A DNA stretch of 62,942 nucleotides, counting the filler, from Octopus bimaculoides (lineage: Eukaryota), in the NCBI RefSeq assembly GCF_001194135.2. It is 6 parts of 6 records of this genome, joined end to end, with 100 filler letters (N's around TTAATTAATTAA, not from the genome) between each part and the next. Parts side by side here need not be neighbours in the genome. Positions count along the whole stretch, not along the records: positions 1 to 19,531 come from NC_068986.1; 5 more parts are not named here. One strand, 5' to 3'. Under the pieces are notes generated by a model. The model saw only the letters and a program-made list of their open reading frames with translations, did no database searches and was not told the DNA's origin. Below are positions 1-11,146 of this stretch, one piece after another. How positions within the stretch are numbered: position 1 is the first letter of the stretch; each line of letters begins with the position of its first letter. Both the position numbers and the translations under genes were made by a program.

Positions 1-167
1 ATAATTTTCTTATGGTTTCTTAAACATTCACTTGAACAAAACTGTACAAATCCAAATATATGGTACCCTAGGTATAACACCTACATGAACTTCTAACTTG
101 TTGTCTCTTGAAATCTCTGGGTGAGACTTGGATCCAACTTGTACAAATGCAAAGCAAAAGTCAAACA
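1..167 (+). mobile_element. Probable 3' UTR/terminus of a (TAA)n-associated non-LTR retrotransposon (R4/Dong-like), cut by the window edge
   Basis: Unique sequence ends abruptly in a long (AAT)n tract. It resembles the 3' ends I associate with Dong-type elements. No coding part lies in the window, so this is recognition only. Confidence 0.4.
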
Positions 168-170
168 TAA

Positions 171-242
<72 letters not shown>

Positions 243-243
243 T
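168..243. repeat. (AAT)n/(ATT)n microsatellite
   Basis: Direct reading. Confidence 0.95.
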
Positions 244-814
244 TAAATTCTTCTCTCCGCTGACTTACGTTCCTCATATCTGAGAAGTCATTCGAATATA
301 ATATAAAATTGTTAATTATGTAATTTAATTTTAAAGTACTGCTTAAGTTAAATATAAAGATATTTAACTTCTTGAAATATCAATTTGCTCGAGTCATTTC
401 AAAATGTTGCTTCTTTTATCATTGTCTTCATTGCTTTTCTTACGCCATTTCGTTTTACCTATCCGACGTGTATCCTTGTAATGGAACTTCAACAAATTTA
501 ACGTCGTTTCCTGCACTAAACTAAGTTTCAAACTTTGTCTGTCCAAAACTTTGTCCCAAGAGTCCATGCTTGCTGCCAGACAATAAGTTAGCTCTTGTTT
601 CATACGTTGTGAGTATAAAGCTGCCCTTATATAAGTCCCAAGTCACTCTGGTAGTGGAAACGTTTAAGAAGTATATCATATATAATGCATGGACTCAGTA
701 TTTCTTAAAGCTTTACTCAGTATTTTCTAAAGTTTGATATGGGTTTAACGCGTACAGTCTATGTTCAGAGTGGAAGATGAATTGTTGGAGAATAGGAATG
801 GGTGTAGTGTGAAG

Positions 815-1203
815 TTTTTGTTGGCACTCCGTCGCTTACGACGTCGAGGGTTCCAGTTGATCCGATCAATGGAACAGCCTGCTCCTGAAATTAACGTGCA
901 AGTGGCTGAGCACTCCACAGAAACGTGTACCCTTAACGTAGTTCTCGGGATATTCAGCGTGACATAGTGTGTGACAAGGTTGACCCTTTGAAATACAGGT
1001 ACAACAGAAACAGAAAGATAGAGTGAGAGAAAGGTGTGGTGAAAGAGTACAGCAGGGTTAGCCATCATCCCCTGCCGGAGCCTCGTGCAGTTTTAGGTGT
1101 TTTTCGCTCAATAAACACTCACAACGCCCGGTCTGGGAATCGAAACCACGATCCTATGACCGCGAGTCCGCTGCCCTAACCACTGGGCCAATGCGCCTCC
1201 ACC
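815..1203 (-). mobile_element. tRNA-derived SINE (family C), about 390 bp
   Basis: The minus strand starts GGAGGCGCATTGGCCCAGTGGTTAGGGCAGCGGACTCGCGGTCATAGGATCGTGGTTTCGATTCCCAG, which has an A-box (TGGCCCAGTGG) and a B-box (GTTTCGATTCC), followed by a non-tRNA body. Confidence 0.8.
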
Positions 1204-1229
1204 GGAAGCTATACTAATAGTCATTAAAG

Positions 1230-1292
1230 AGATAGCAAGCGAGTAAAAGAGAGGAAGAGAGAGAAAGAGGGGAAAGAGATTGAGAGAGAGAT

Positions 1293-1331
<39 letters not shown>

Positions 1332-1346
1332 GAGAGNNNNNNNNNN

Positions 1347-1377
<31 letters not shown>

Positions 1378-1600
1378 GAGAGAGAGATAGAGAGAGAGAC
1401 TGACAGACAGACAGAGACAGACAGAGACAGAGAGAGCGTGAGATAGAAGGAGAAAGATAGCAAGCAACCAGCCTGAAAGTCGGGCATGCGAACTAACAGA
1501 GATGGGGGAAAAAGAGACAGACAGAGCAGGTCAGAGAAAGCAGGAACGAGACAAAGAGAGAGAGGGGTGGGGTGAATCAAGATAGAAAGAAGATTCAAAG
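1230..1600. repeat. (AG)n/(GACA)n purine-rich low-complexity tract
   Basis: Direct reading; contains a 10-N gap. Confidence 0.9.
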
Positions 1601-1765
1601 TGATTCAGTTAATTATGATTTCATTCAGCATATTACCGTCACAGATGCACACATTGCACCGATCTTTCGGTTTTCTAAGCCCTGTTAAAGAACTCGGAAG
1701 ATTGGGCTTCCAACCAAGTTTTTCGCTATACCCTTAAAGCCAGAAAATTTTCAGGCCCCCTCTTA
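1600..1765. mobile_element. Mariner-derived MITE fragment, copy 1 (one terminus retained)
   Basis: Shares AGTTAATTATGATTTT...CTAAGCCCTG..AAAGAACTCGGAAG..TGGGC.TCCAACCA with 17005-17140. It ends in a mariner-like terminus (minus strand TAAGAGGGGGCCTGAAAATTTTCTGGCTTT). Confidence 0.6.
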
Positions 1766-2265
1766 TATACAGTTATGTACCATCNNNNNNNNNNNNNNNN
1801 NNNNNNNNNNNNNNNNNNNNNNNNNNNNNNNNNNNNNNNNNNNNNNNNNNNNNNNNNNNNNNNNNNNNNNNNNNNNNNNNNNNNNNNNNNNNNNNNNNNN
1901 NNNNNNNNNNNNNNNNNNNNNNNNNNNNNNNNNNNNNNNNNNNNNNNNNNNNNNNNNNNNNNNNNNNNNNNNNNNNNNNNNNNNNNNNNNNNNNNNNNNN
2001 NNNNNNNNNNNNNNNNNNNNNNNNNNNNNNNNNNNNNNNNNNNNNNNNNNNNNNNNNNNNNNNNNNNNNNNNNNNNNNNNNNNNNNNNNNNNNNNNNNNN
2101 NNNNNNNNNNNNNNNNNNNNNNNNNNNNNNNNNNNNNNNNNNNNNNNNNNNNNNNNNNNNNNNNNNNNNNNNNNNNNNNNNNNNNNNNNNNNNNNNNNNN
2201 NNNNNNNNTATATCTGTTCTGTCTGTCTGTAGGTCAGTCAGTCTGTCTGGGTGGCTGTCTATTTG

Positions 2266-2328
<63 letters not shown>

Positions 2329-2871
2329 GTGTGGATGGCTGTTTATGTTTATATGTATGTATGCATGTATAGTGATAATAATAGCGATACAAATAATTTG
2401 CTTGTTTGTTGGTTGGTTGGTTGGTTAGTCATTTGGTTGGTTGGTTGGTTGCTTTCTACAGTCGCGCTTTACATCTTATAGAATGAAAGAATGACAGAGA
2501 GTTAAAATAAAAGGTGTAGAATGGGTGCACATACTTATTTCAGTGGCAGGCCATAACTAAAGAATGCTAGTCTTATAATATCTTACGCGCTATTATTCGC
2601 TGCTCTATCCACTTCGAGATCCACGATTAAAAGCCATTTATTTTTATATCTGTCGAAATTTATAACCTCTTATAACGTCATTAGTTTGCAATTCTCACAG
2701 GTAAGAACAAAGCTTCTAAGATGGATGGCGAAATTTTGAATTGCTACTTTGGTATAATGGTAGAACGTTTATTACAGACATAGTAGATCTAGGCTCGAGT
2801 CCTAGGGGCAGTATTCGTTTTTTTTAATCCTTTTCCATCCCAGAGGTTTTTAAGCCAATGTTCGGGCCGCT

Positions 2872-3090
2872 AAGGCGGCGAGCTGGCAGAAACGTTAGCA
2901 CGCCGGGCTTAGCGGTATTTCTTCCCGTTCTGAGTTCAAATCCCGCCGAGGTCGACTTTACCTTTCATCCTTTCGGGGTCAATAAATTAAGTACCAGTTA
3001 CGCACTGGCGTCGATGTAATCGACTTAATCTCTTTCTCTGTCCTTGTTTGTCCCCTCTATATTTGGCCCCTTGTGGACAATAAAGAAATA
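2872..3090 (+). mobile_element. tRNA-derived SINE family A, near full length
   Basis: GGCGGCGAGCTGGCAGAAACGTTAGC head, B-box GAGTTCAAATCCC, and a body shared with at least 6 other copies in the window. Confidence 0.85.
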
Positions 3091-3294
3091 AGAAACGTTA
3101 GCACGCCGGGTGAAATGTTTAGCGATATTTTGTCTGTCTCTACATTCTAAGTTCAAATTCCGCCGAGGTCGACTTTGCTTTTAATTCTTTCGGGGTCGAT
3201 AATTTAAGTACCAGTTGCGTACTAGGGTCGATCTAATCGAATGGCCCCCTCCCACAAAATTTCGGGCCTTGTGCCTAGAGCAGAAAAGAATATT
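3091..3294 (+). mobile_element. SINE family A, second head-to-tail copy with a different 3' tail
   Basis: Restarts at AGAAACGTTAGCACGCC with B-box AAGTTCAAATTCC. The tail (AATTTCGGGCCTTGTGCCTAG) differs from the first copy. Confidence 0.8.
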
Positions 3295-3434
3295 CTGGCC
3301 ATCACTTTCTAGTTTTGTATAATTTTAATTTCACCGTTAAAAACGATTTATTTCATTTATCTCGAATTTTCCAATTACTTATGACGTAAATATTCTAATA
3401 CCTTAAAACAATTTTTCTTTCATTATCATTCCAG

Positions 3435-3524
3435 GTTTTAAGTAATAGAAATAACCAAAGATTTATGGAGGAAACAATTGAAAGATGGAAGAAAATGGAC
3501 TGGAATATTGACATTTCTTTTTAA
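3435..3524 (+). CDS. Candidate terminal coding exon, VLSNRNNQRFMEETIERWKKMDWNIDISF*
   Basis: Strong acceptor (tttttctttcattatcattccag). Only one frame is open and it ends in TAA; AATAAA follows near 3590-3605. No homology recognised. Confidence 0.3.
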   Translation, partial: VLSNRNNQRFMEETIERWKKMDWNIDISF

Positions 3525-4878
3525 ATAACTTTCATCCATTTAATCTCAAAAGAATTCTAAATAACCGAAATCTAAATTCTACAAAGAAACAATAAAATAT
3601 AATAAATGTAGTGTGTAAATTGGATATTGTCCCATTTGATATTAAAGTTATAAGTCTGATATCAAATGTTTATGAGATTCTTTACGTGTTATATTTTGAT
3701 ATAATGCACGTCGCATCATTGTTGCAATATTATTGTGAACTTGCTGTTGTATTTATATCAATATTGTGTTTATATCTTAGGTGGTTCAGTCATTGGACAG
3801 TGACCATGCTGGGGCACAACATCAAAGTGTTTACTAAATACTTTACTATCAAGCAAGCAATGTATAGTTCCATAGTAAAAAGATACAAAAACAAAACAAT
3901 CTGTAAAAACACTGAAATAAAGGCAAAACAGAAGTTCCTAGTTACGTCTTAGCAGGAAGATAAATCGTAGTTCACTAAAAATAACGAATGTATCGCATGA
4001 TGCACTCGTCCAAAATCTCTGCATCAGAGCACTGAGAGCTTCTGACTCTCATAACCACACTTTTAAAACTGGTTATGATGGCTAGTTATACAAGATTAAC
4101 TATGTTACAGAACTATTCAGAACATAGTTACAGAACTATTCCCAATTAGCCTTTAAAAGCAATTTAGTACAACGTTCTGCTCTGCAGTGCAGACACCACA
4201 TCTTTCACAGCCTTTTTATGGGGGTCTTTGATCTTCCAACTATCCTCCATTTGATATTATAGTTCAGATGTAACTCTGAAGAAAGGGGTTGGAAAATATT
4301 TTGACGAGCCTCATTTTTATAATGTTATATGACAGGAGCGTTTCTATGCTGTGCCGGAGTTAGGTACTTTTGAGTTAGCTTCTGTATTCTAAAGGCGGGC
4401 CTCCGCTCTGTGGGGCCCATTCAGCGGTAGTATATTGGTATATCTACACAAGCAAGCTGCCTCTATAGAATCGTGTTTCTCAAAATCATACAACGATAAC
4501 CACATTCACTTGCGCACACACACGCACACACACACACACACAAGCACAGACATACACGCATTTATACATTCGCACAAACACACACAACATGCCACAAACT
4601 TTCAAACACATAAGCCTATATATGTAAACAAAGACAGAGAGAGGTGAAAACCAGAAGGGGAGGAGAATACAGGTAGGGAACAGCAAGAAAGAGAACATGA
4701 AATTGAAAGATAGGTGACAGTTAGGTATTCTAAAGGGTTAAGACAAGTGTCAGTTTTTCAGAAAGTATGAATTTATGTCTTGGCATACAGGGCTGAAAAA
4801 TCTATGACTAGCTCTTTTGTTTTAACCTTGGAAGGTGAGAGATGTTGATAGTGACTCTCTTTTCGGCGATACATAGTC

Positions 4879-5065
4879 AGGGAATTGGCTTAAGAGAAGT
4901 TGCTTCGGAATTCTGATCTCACTCATACGTGAGAGATGACCCATCTGAGCTGTATTTTGAGGAGAATGGCTTCAGCACCTGATATGTTGAAATTTGTTAG
5001 TACCTCACTGTTATGAATATGGTCGCTCAGTTTTATGTTAGAGATAGTATACAAAAAACATATAT
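4879..5065 (-). mobile_element. Short RTE LINE fragment, paralogous to about 6157-6345
   Basis: Near-identical GGAATTGGCTAA(A)GAGAAGTTGCTTCGGAATTCT..TCTCACTCATACGTGAGAGATGACC...GTACCTCACTGTTATGAATATGGTC block. Confidence 0.7.
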
Positions 5066-5724
5066 GTATTTTCGGCAATTGTACAGTTAACAGCCAATGC
5101 TCTACTTTTCTCCTTCAAGCGCCAAACGTAGCTTTTGACAATATATTTTTGTGGGGGAAGCATCATTTGTAAACATCTCTCAGTCAAACATCAGATTTGA
5201 GCTCTGTCTCCTGTATAATGGCCTTAGTTTTAAGGTCCCTTCAGCGACCACGTCACTATGTTTCTAAATGGTTATCTAGCCTCAGTGCGTGGTTGGGGTC
5301 TATAAGTCATCATCTGTTTTATATACACTTGTGGTGCAACACATTATGAGTACGAAATAGTTTTCTATATCTTTGTCAGCATGAGAACCCTGCAAACTCT
5401 GTACCAACGAGAAGACGATGATTATTAAAAAATACACGGAATATATATGTTCACTTAAAAGCCAAGTCAAAGCTTTTCAATCCTTTTGTGCAGGAATAGA
5501 ATCAAATAGTTAGTATGATAAATGCTTATTGCTGTTGATTTACAGTTACAGATGTGCAATTTTAACAAAAAACATTTTTAGAAATTATTCTAGTATTTTT
5601 CAGTATTTCTAGAAACAGACGCAAACGACAAAATCTAACACAGGCCACACGATATTATACATAGACACTAGTATGTATATATATATAAAACAAATGAAAG
5701 TTCTGTAAATGATAGTTCTGTAAA

Positions 5725-6545
5725 CTAAAGCGTTAATAATTTTCTATGGACACGAATGTGTCTCTTGAGGCCTGCTGGTGCCTTGCAAACATTTTGGCAA
5801 ATGGAACAAGTAGAGGAATAAGTTTCCTTGAGTCCTTGTGGATTATATACTATGTGTTTTCTTAAGTGAAGGTAAGGCCTGTTTTGCTTCATACCACAAA
5901 ACCACAATGACAGGTAAGGTATCCATTTAGAGGAGCAGTATTTTGCCAGGATGCTTTCATACTTGCACGAAGTTGGTCCCGATGTTGGAGTCAACTTTGC
6001 TCAAATCTTTGAGCTGAGGAGAAGCAGGACTAGTGCCAGGTCTTGTAGTCTGATGCTTTGTTTTATCAGGAAGAAAAGGGAATGTTGCATCGTTTCACAT
6101 TGTCTTTTAGTTTGTCTCAGAAGCGCAAGAGCGGCCTTCAAACTGACCTTCCCCTTGGGAATTGGCTAAAGAGAAGTTGCTTCGGAATTCTTATCTCACT
6201 CATACGTGAGAGATGACCACACCATCTAAGTTATAGTTTGATGAGAATGGCTTCAGTACCTGATATGTTGAAATTTGTTAGTACCTCACTGTTATGAATA
6301 TGGTCACTCGGTTTTATGTTGGAGATAGTACGCAAGAAAGATATATGAAAAACCGCCAAGCTGGTTGATGTGCCTTCGGTACAGAGTCCAAGATTCAGCG
6401 ACAAGAAACAATGTTGTCAAGACCACAGATTTATATACATCGATTTTCACCTTTTTCGATACGTTGTGGTTGATCCAAAGTCTGTGATAAAGCTTACTAA
6501 AAGCGGAGCTAGCCTCATCGATTCTGGACTCAATTTCTTTAATAC
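5725..6545 (-). mobile_element. Decayed 3' part of RTE-clade LINE ORF2
   Basis: Translates to KEIESRIDEASSAFSKLYHRLW...VYKSVVLTTLFLVAESWTLYRRH (post-RT RTE region) and, after stops and frameshifts, a terminal CxxC-x12-HxxxH finger (TCSICQNVCKAPAGLKRHIRVH). Confidence 0.85.
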
Positions 6546-6586
6546 ACGTACACGTACACACATACACACACACACANNNNNNNNNN

Positions 6587-6620
<34 letters not shown>

Positions 6621-6635
6621 TTAAAAATATAGTGT

Positions 6636-7225
6636 ATAAAACATTTTTATACAGAGAGAGGAGACCTTTGACAGGACCCCTTACATGCTAGAGAGGGCAG
6701 CTAAAACCCAAATCACGAAAAAAACAATTCATGAGGCACGCAGTTATAACACCAGAACGAACAAAATATGAATTAGTTAATCCCGAACTCGAGTTTCTCT
6801 ATTAATTGCCAAATAAACAAATTTGGAATCTGTAGATCGTCAGCGAGATCCCTAATTAATGAATAATCATGCAGATGCAAATACGTACCGAAAAAACGTG
6901 CGCAAAACAGCTACATCTTCATCCATTATAGATTCGAGTTAGTGCGCAAGCTTAAGCATATAGTCGAGCAGTAAATAAACAAATTTAAAACTGTGTCCTA
7001 TATAGCCTGAGAATTGTAAATATTACTATAGTAAATATAAAGGTAATAAATTAAAATAATTTATTACCAGTGGTTAGCATGCATAAATAAAAGTCATATG
7101 ACAACATATTTTTAAGAATATGAATATATAAAATATTTCTATACACAGAGAGGAGACCTTTGACAGAACCCCTTACATGATAGAAAGGGCAGCTAAATCA
7201 CAGACCACGCAAAAATGAATTCAAG
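6636..7225. repeat. Pair of imperfect direct repeats of about 90 bp (6636-6735 and 7127-7220) around unique sequence
   Basis: Both contain ACAGAGAGGAGACCTTTGACAG(G/A)ACCCCTTACATG.TAGA.AGGGCAGCTAAA. Confidence 0.8.
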
Positions 7226-7230
7226 ATAGT

Positions 7231-7280
<50 letters not shown>

Positions 7281-10138
7281 CTCACACACACACACATAAA
7301 CACTCACACACACATAAACACTCACACACACACACACGTATGGATGGATCAAAATAGTTTGATTCAATTTCGTTGGTAATCCGAGTTTCAAGCGTGATTC
7401 AACTCTTCAGCCATTTTGAACTTGAAGGAAAGGAGGTGATTGTTATTACCGTAAGAGGGGCTGCGATTTGTCGAGGAAGATCACAGAGTGTCATAATTTT
7501 ATGTTAGCACATCGGTAATTCAGCGACAACAGTTAGTCGGAAAATATCGTATGGTTGAATCGGAAATCGGTCGGGTATTTAGATTGGAAGTAGTAGGTGG
7601 GGTATGTGCAAGTATATAGTTGCATATGTGGGTGTGTGGATGCGCTGGTATGGTTTTGCGTGCAAATCAGAATTGATACGAGCGTGAGCATCTATATATG
7701 AGTGTGCACATGCACGACCACGCACACACACAGACGAACGAGCACGAACTGACACATATGAACGAACGTACGTGCACACACAGACATGTACATGCGCATA
7801 CGCTCACATAAATACACATGTACGCACACACACACACACATACACACATGCGTATTCCTTTATATGCACATATGTTTATACGCATGCATGCATGTGCGCA
7901 CGAATACTAGTATGCACACACACACACACACACGTATGTGCATGCACATGCGTACATTTACCCAAGATATCATGCTGTAGGACTGAGTCTGGAACCATGC
8001 GGTTATTTAGCAAACATCTTATCACGCAATTGTTACTATTTGTAACCTTTCGCATATCATACTCCCCGAAGATACACTGTGAAAACACGGATTTTACTGC
8101 AGTATTCGTCCGGAGACAACATTGCTTATAAACGTATACGTTTTTGTTTGTAAGTCACTCTTCATTTAGCACATTCATAGCTTTCCCCAATTCCTAAGTC
8201 TTTTTCCTCACACATTCACCTTGACACCTTCATATAATAATTTTCATAATCTCCTTTCAATTAGCTCTCATGGGTTTCTTTCCACAACTCTATCTATTTT
8301 GCAAATTGTAAGCTTTAACTAAATAAATATAATCTGCGTTTAATACCGCATTGTGTACTTTAGCTTGGGGTACTATTTGCTGTTTTCTGAACAAATAGTC
8401 ATATATTTATACTCTTTTATGCATTTTTTGTTTCAGTTATTGAACATTGGCTATCCTGGGACACCACCTTGAGGAGTTTAGTCATATAAATTTCCCCTTC
8501 ACCTGTATTGTAAATTTTAAAATGTTTTGTAATATCTTGTACCGAATTGCTAGTGTTACAGGGAGTTAACAAACAAACACCTGTTCTCGAGTGATGTGAG
8601 AGGAGACTAGAAAAGCAAGCAAGTACACACAAACGCATACACAGCTGCTCGTCTGCCGGTCACTTCTCACTCCATCACTCTTCTAACTACGGTGAAAATT
8701 CAGCTGTTGTAGTTAAATGAGCGCAGAACATATAATTCGGTATTACACTTTCCGTGCTATCAGCTCTCTCTCCTTCTCCCTTGGACCACTTCTATTGACA
8801 TCTACTCTCCCTCTTAACATTGTCATCTCATATTTTCCATCGACTACTCTCTACTACCAGTTATTCCGTTTCTTTTCTTTTATATATATATATTTCATAC
8901 TGAACTACTTGGCAAAATTGTTAATTATTAATTCTATTATTAATTGACGATTCTCTGCCCTTATTCTTGTATATTTTATATTTGATATCTCTAAGTTAGA
9001 TGGTTAAACCGTAATTCCCTCCCCACGGGACTTCTTTTCATACGGGACTATTTGTGACGCACATGGAATAGATTTCTTTTGAGGTGAGATGCCTGAACTN
9101 NNNNNNNNNNNNNNNNNNNNNNNNNNNNNNNNNNNNNNNNNNNNNNNNNNNNNNNNNNNNNNNNNNNNNNNNNNNNNNNNNNNNNNNNNNNNNNNNNNNN
9201 NNNNNNNNNNNNNNNNNNNNNNNNNNNNNNNNNNNNNNNNNNNNNNNNNNNNNNNNNNNNNNNNNNNNNNNNNNNNNNNNNNNNNNNNNNNNNNNNNNNN
9301 NNNNNNNNNNNNNNNNNNNNNNNNNNNNNNNNNNNNNNNNNNNNNNNNNNNNNNNNNNNNNNNNNNNNNNNNNNNNNNNNNNNNNNNNNNNNNNNNNNNN
9401 NNNNNNNNNNNNNNNNNNNNNNNNNNNNNNNNNNNNNNNNNNNNNNNNNNNNNNNNNNNNNNNNNNNNNNNNNNNNNNNNNNNNNNNNNNNNNNNNNNNN
9501 NNNNNNNNNNNNNNNNNNNNNNNNNNNNNNNNNNNNNNNNNNNNNNNNNNNNNNNNNNNNNNNNNNNNNNNNNNNNNNNNNNNNNNNNNNNNNNNNNNNN
9601 NNNNNNNNNNNNNNNNNNNNNNNNNNNNNNNNNNNNNNNNNNNNNNNNNNNNNNNNNNNNNNNNNNNNNNNNNNNNNNNNNNNNNNNNNNNNNNNNNNNN
9701 NNNNNNNNNNNNNNNNNNNNNNNNNNNNNNNNNNNNNNNNNNNNNNNNNNNNNNNNNNNNNNNNNNNNNNNNNNNNNNNNNNNNNNNNNNNNNNNNNNNN
9801 NNNNNNNNNNNNNNNNNNNNNNNNNNNNNNNNNNNNNNNNNNNNNNNNNNNNNNNNNNNNNNNNNNNNNNNNNNNNNNNNNNNNNNNNNNNNNNNNNNNN
9901 NNNNNNNNNNNNNNNNNNNNNNNNNNNNNNNNNNNNNNNNNNNNNNNNNNNNNNNNNNNNNNNNNNNNNNNNNNNNNNNNNNNNNNNNNNNNNNNNNNNN
10001 NNNNNNNNNNNNNNNNNNNNNNNNNNNNNNNNNNNNNNNNNNNNNNNNNNNNNNNNNNNNNNNNNNNNNNNNNNNNNNNNNNNNNNNNNNNATTTAGGGT
10101 AACGTCAAGGGTATGCAAATAAAGCTCCTATTTCATTA

Positions 10139-10371
10139 TTATTTCTTTATTGCCCACAAGGGGCTAAACATAGTGGGGACCAACAAGGACAGACAAACAG
10201 ATTAGGTCGATCAAATCGACCCCAGTGCGTAACTGGTACTTATTTAATCGACCCCGAAAGGATGAAAGGCAAAGTCGACCTCGGCGGAATTTGAACTCAG
10301 AACGTAACGGCAGACGAAATGCTGCTAAGCATTTCGCCCGGCGTGCTAACGATTCTGCCAGCTCGCCGCCT
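10139..10371 (-). mobile_element. SINE family A, near full length
   Basis: Reverse complement of 2872-3090 over its whole length. Confidence 0.9.
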
Positions 10372-10498
10372 ATTTCATTATACCGGCTACCGTCTGATGA
10401 TTCTGACAAGTGAGTCGGTTACACATCATGGTCATGGTTATACCGATATAATATAGGATAAAGATAATAATAACAACAATTGTATGATAAAATTTATA

Positions 10499-10678
10499 CA
10501 GTTCTATATTTAAGAGATGAGGAATTATATACATTATTTACATTGTTTACATTATTTACATTATTCACATTTGACGGATATTTGTCCTCATCTTGTTTGT
10601 TGTTAACACAACGTTTCGGCTGATATACGCTCCAGCCTTCATCTGGTATCTTGGGGAAATTTCGAACCTGGGTTCTTA
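10499..10678 (-). mobile_element. Inverted copy of the hammerhead-bearing 3' tail of SINE family D
   Basis: 10563-10677 is the reverse complement of 10861-10975 with scattered mismatches. Contains a hammerhead fold at 10605-10650. Confidence 0.8.
10605..10650 (-). ncRNA. Minimal type I hammerhead ribozyme fold, core mutated (U4 to A)
   Basis: GAUAC [CAGAUGA] A GGCUG-10nt-CAGCC [GAAA] CGU U GUGUU: stem I 5 bp with wobbles, stem II 5 bp, palindromic ACGU stem III. Confidence 0.65.
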
Positions 10679-10755
10679 TATGGCGTAGTGGTTAAGAGCA
10701 CAGGCTTCTAACCCCAAGATTCCGAGTTCGATTCCAGGCAGTGACCTGAATAATC

Positions 10756-10791
<36 letters not shown>

Positions 10792-10975
10792 GAAAAAGAA
10801 GAAGAAGAAGAAGAAGAAGAAGAAGAAGAAGAAGAAGAAGAAGAAGAATACTTTATGAATGAGAACCCATGTTTGAAATTTCTCAAAGCACCCGATGAAG
10901 GCTGGAGGGTATATCAGCCGAAACATTGTGTTAGCAACAAACAAGATGAGGACACATATCCGTCAAATGTAAATA
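10679..10975 (+). mobile_element. tRNA-headed SINE-like element (family D): head, (AAT)n(GAA)n spacer, hammerhead-type tail
   Basis: A-box TGGCGTAGTGG at 10681 and B-box GAGTTCGATTCC at about 10724. The tail reads AGCAC-CCGATGA-A-GGCTG..CAGCC-GAAA-CATT-GTGTT. Confidence 0.75.
10887..10932 (+). ncRNA. Minimal type I hammerhead ribozyme fold, core mutated (U4 to C, G16.2 to A)
   Basis: AGCAC [CCGAUGA] A GGCUG-10nt-CAGCC [GAAA] CAU U GUGUU. Confidence 0.65.
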
Positions 10976-11072
10976 CTTTAACATCAGAGTCCGTATGCTT
11001 TGGATGATTATAGTATAATCCGTAGTAACTGTGGACATCCGTTTGAACATCATCATTGTTTCATTTCGCCAG

Positions 11073-11146
11073 GTGATACTGCATTATCGGTTGGTAAACA
11101 TCCCCTTCAGAGGGACGTTTACCTGTATGAAGGCCAATCTAGATTT
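11073..11146 (+). CDS. Candidate internal exon (74 nt, phase 1 to 0), (G)DTALSVGKHPLQRDVYLYEGQSRF
   Basis: Acceptor ttgtttcatttcgccag, donor TTT|GTGAGT, higher GC than flanks, and two of three frames open. No homology recognised. Confidence 0.4.

Noticed and set aside
394-650. Minus-strand ORF (69 aa) and the alternative frame VTWDLYKGSFILTTYETRANLL, plus an 11-nt microexon candidate at 269-279
   Set aside because: No recognisable homology and ambiguous frames and splice sites; the evidence is too weak to call.
2748-2812. tRNA-like A/B boxes (TGGTATAATGGTAG, GGCTCGAGTCC) as a tRNA gene
   Set aside because: No cloverleaf can be formed. It is more likely a decayed SINE head, as are the other A/B-box hits in the window.
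5725-5800. C2H2 finger TCSICQNVCKAPAGLKRHIRVH as a host zinc-finger gene
   Set aside because: It is the C-terminus of the decayed RTE ORF2 that continues upstream on the same strand.
8417-8638. KHFKIYNTGEGEIYMT resembles an SH2 beta-D/E segment
   Set aside because: There is no FLVRES-type motif, no convincing exon boundaries around it, and the match is short.
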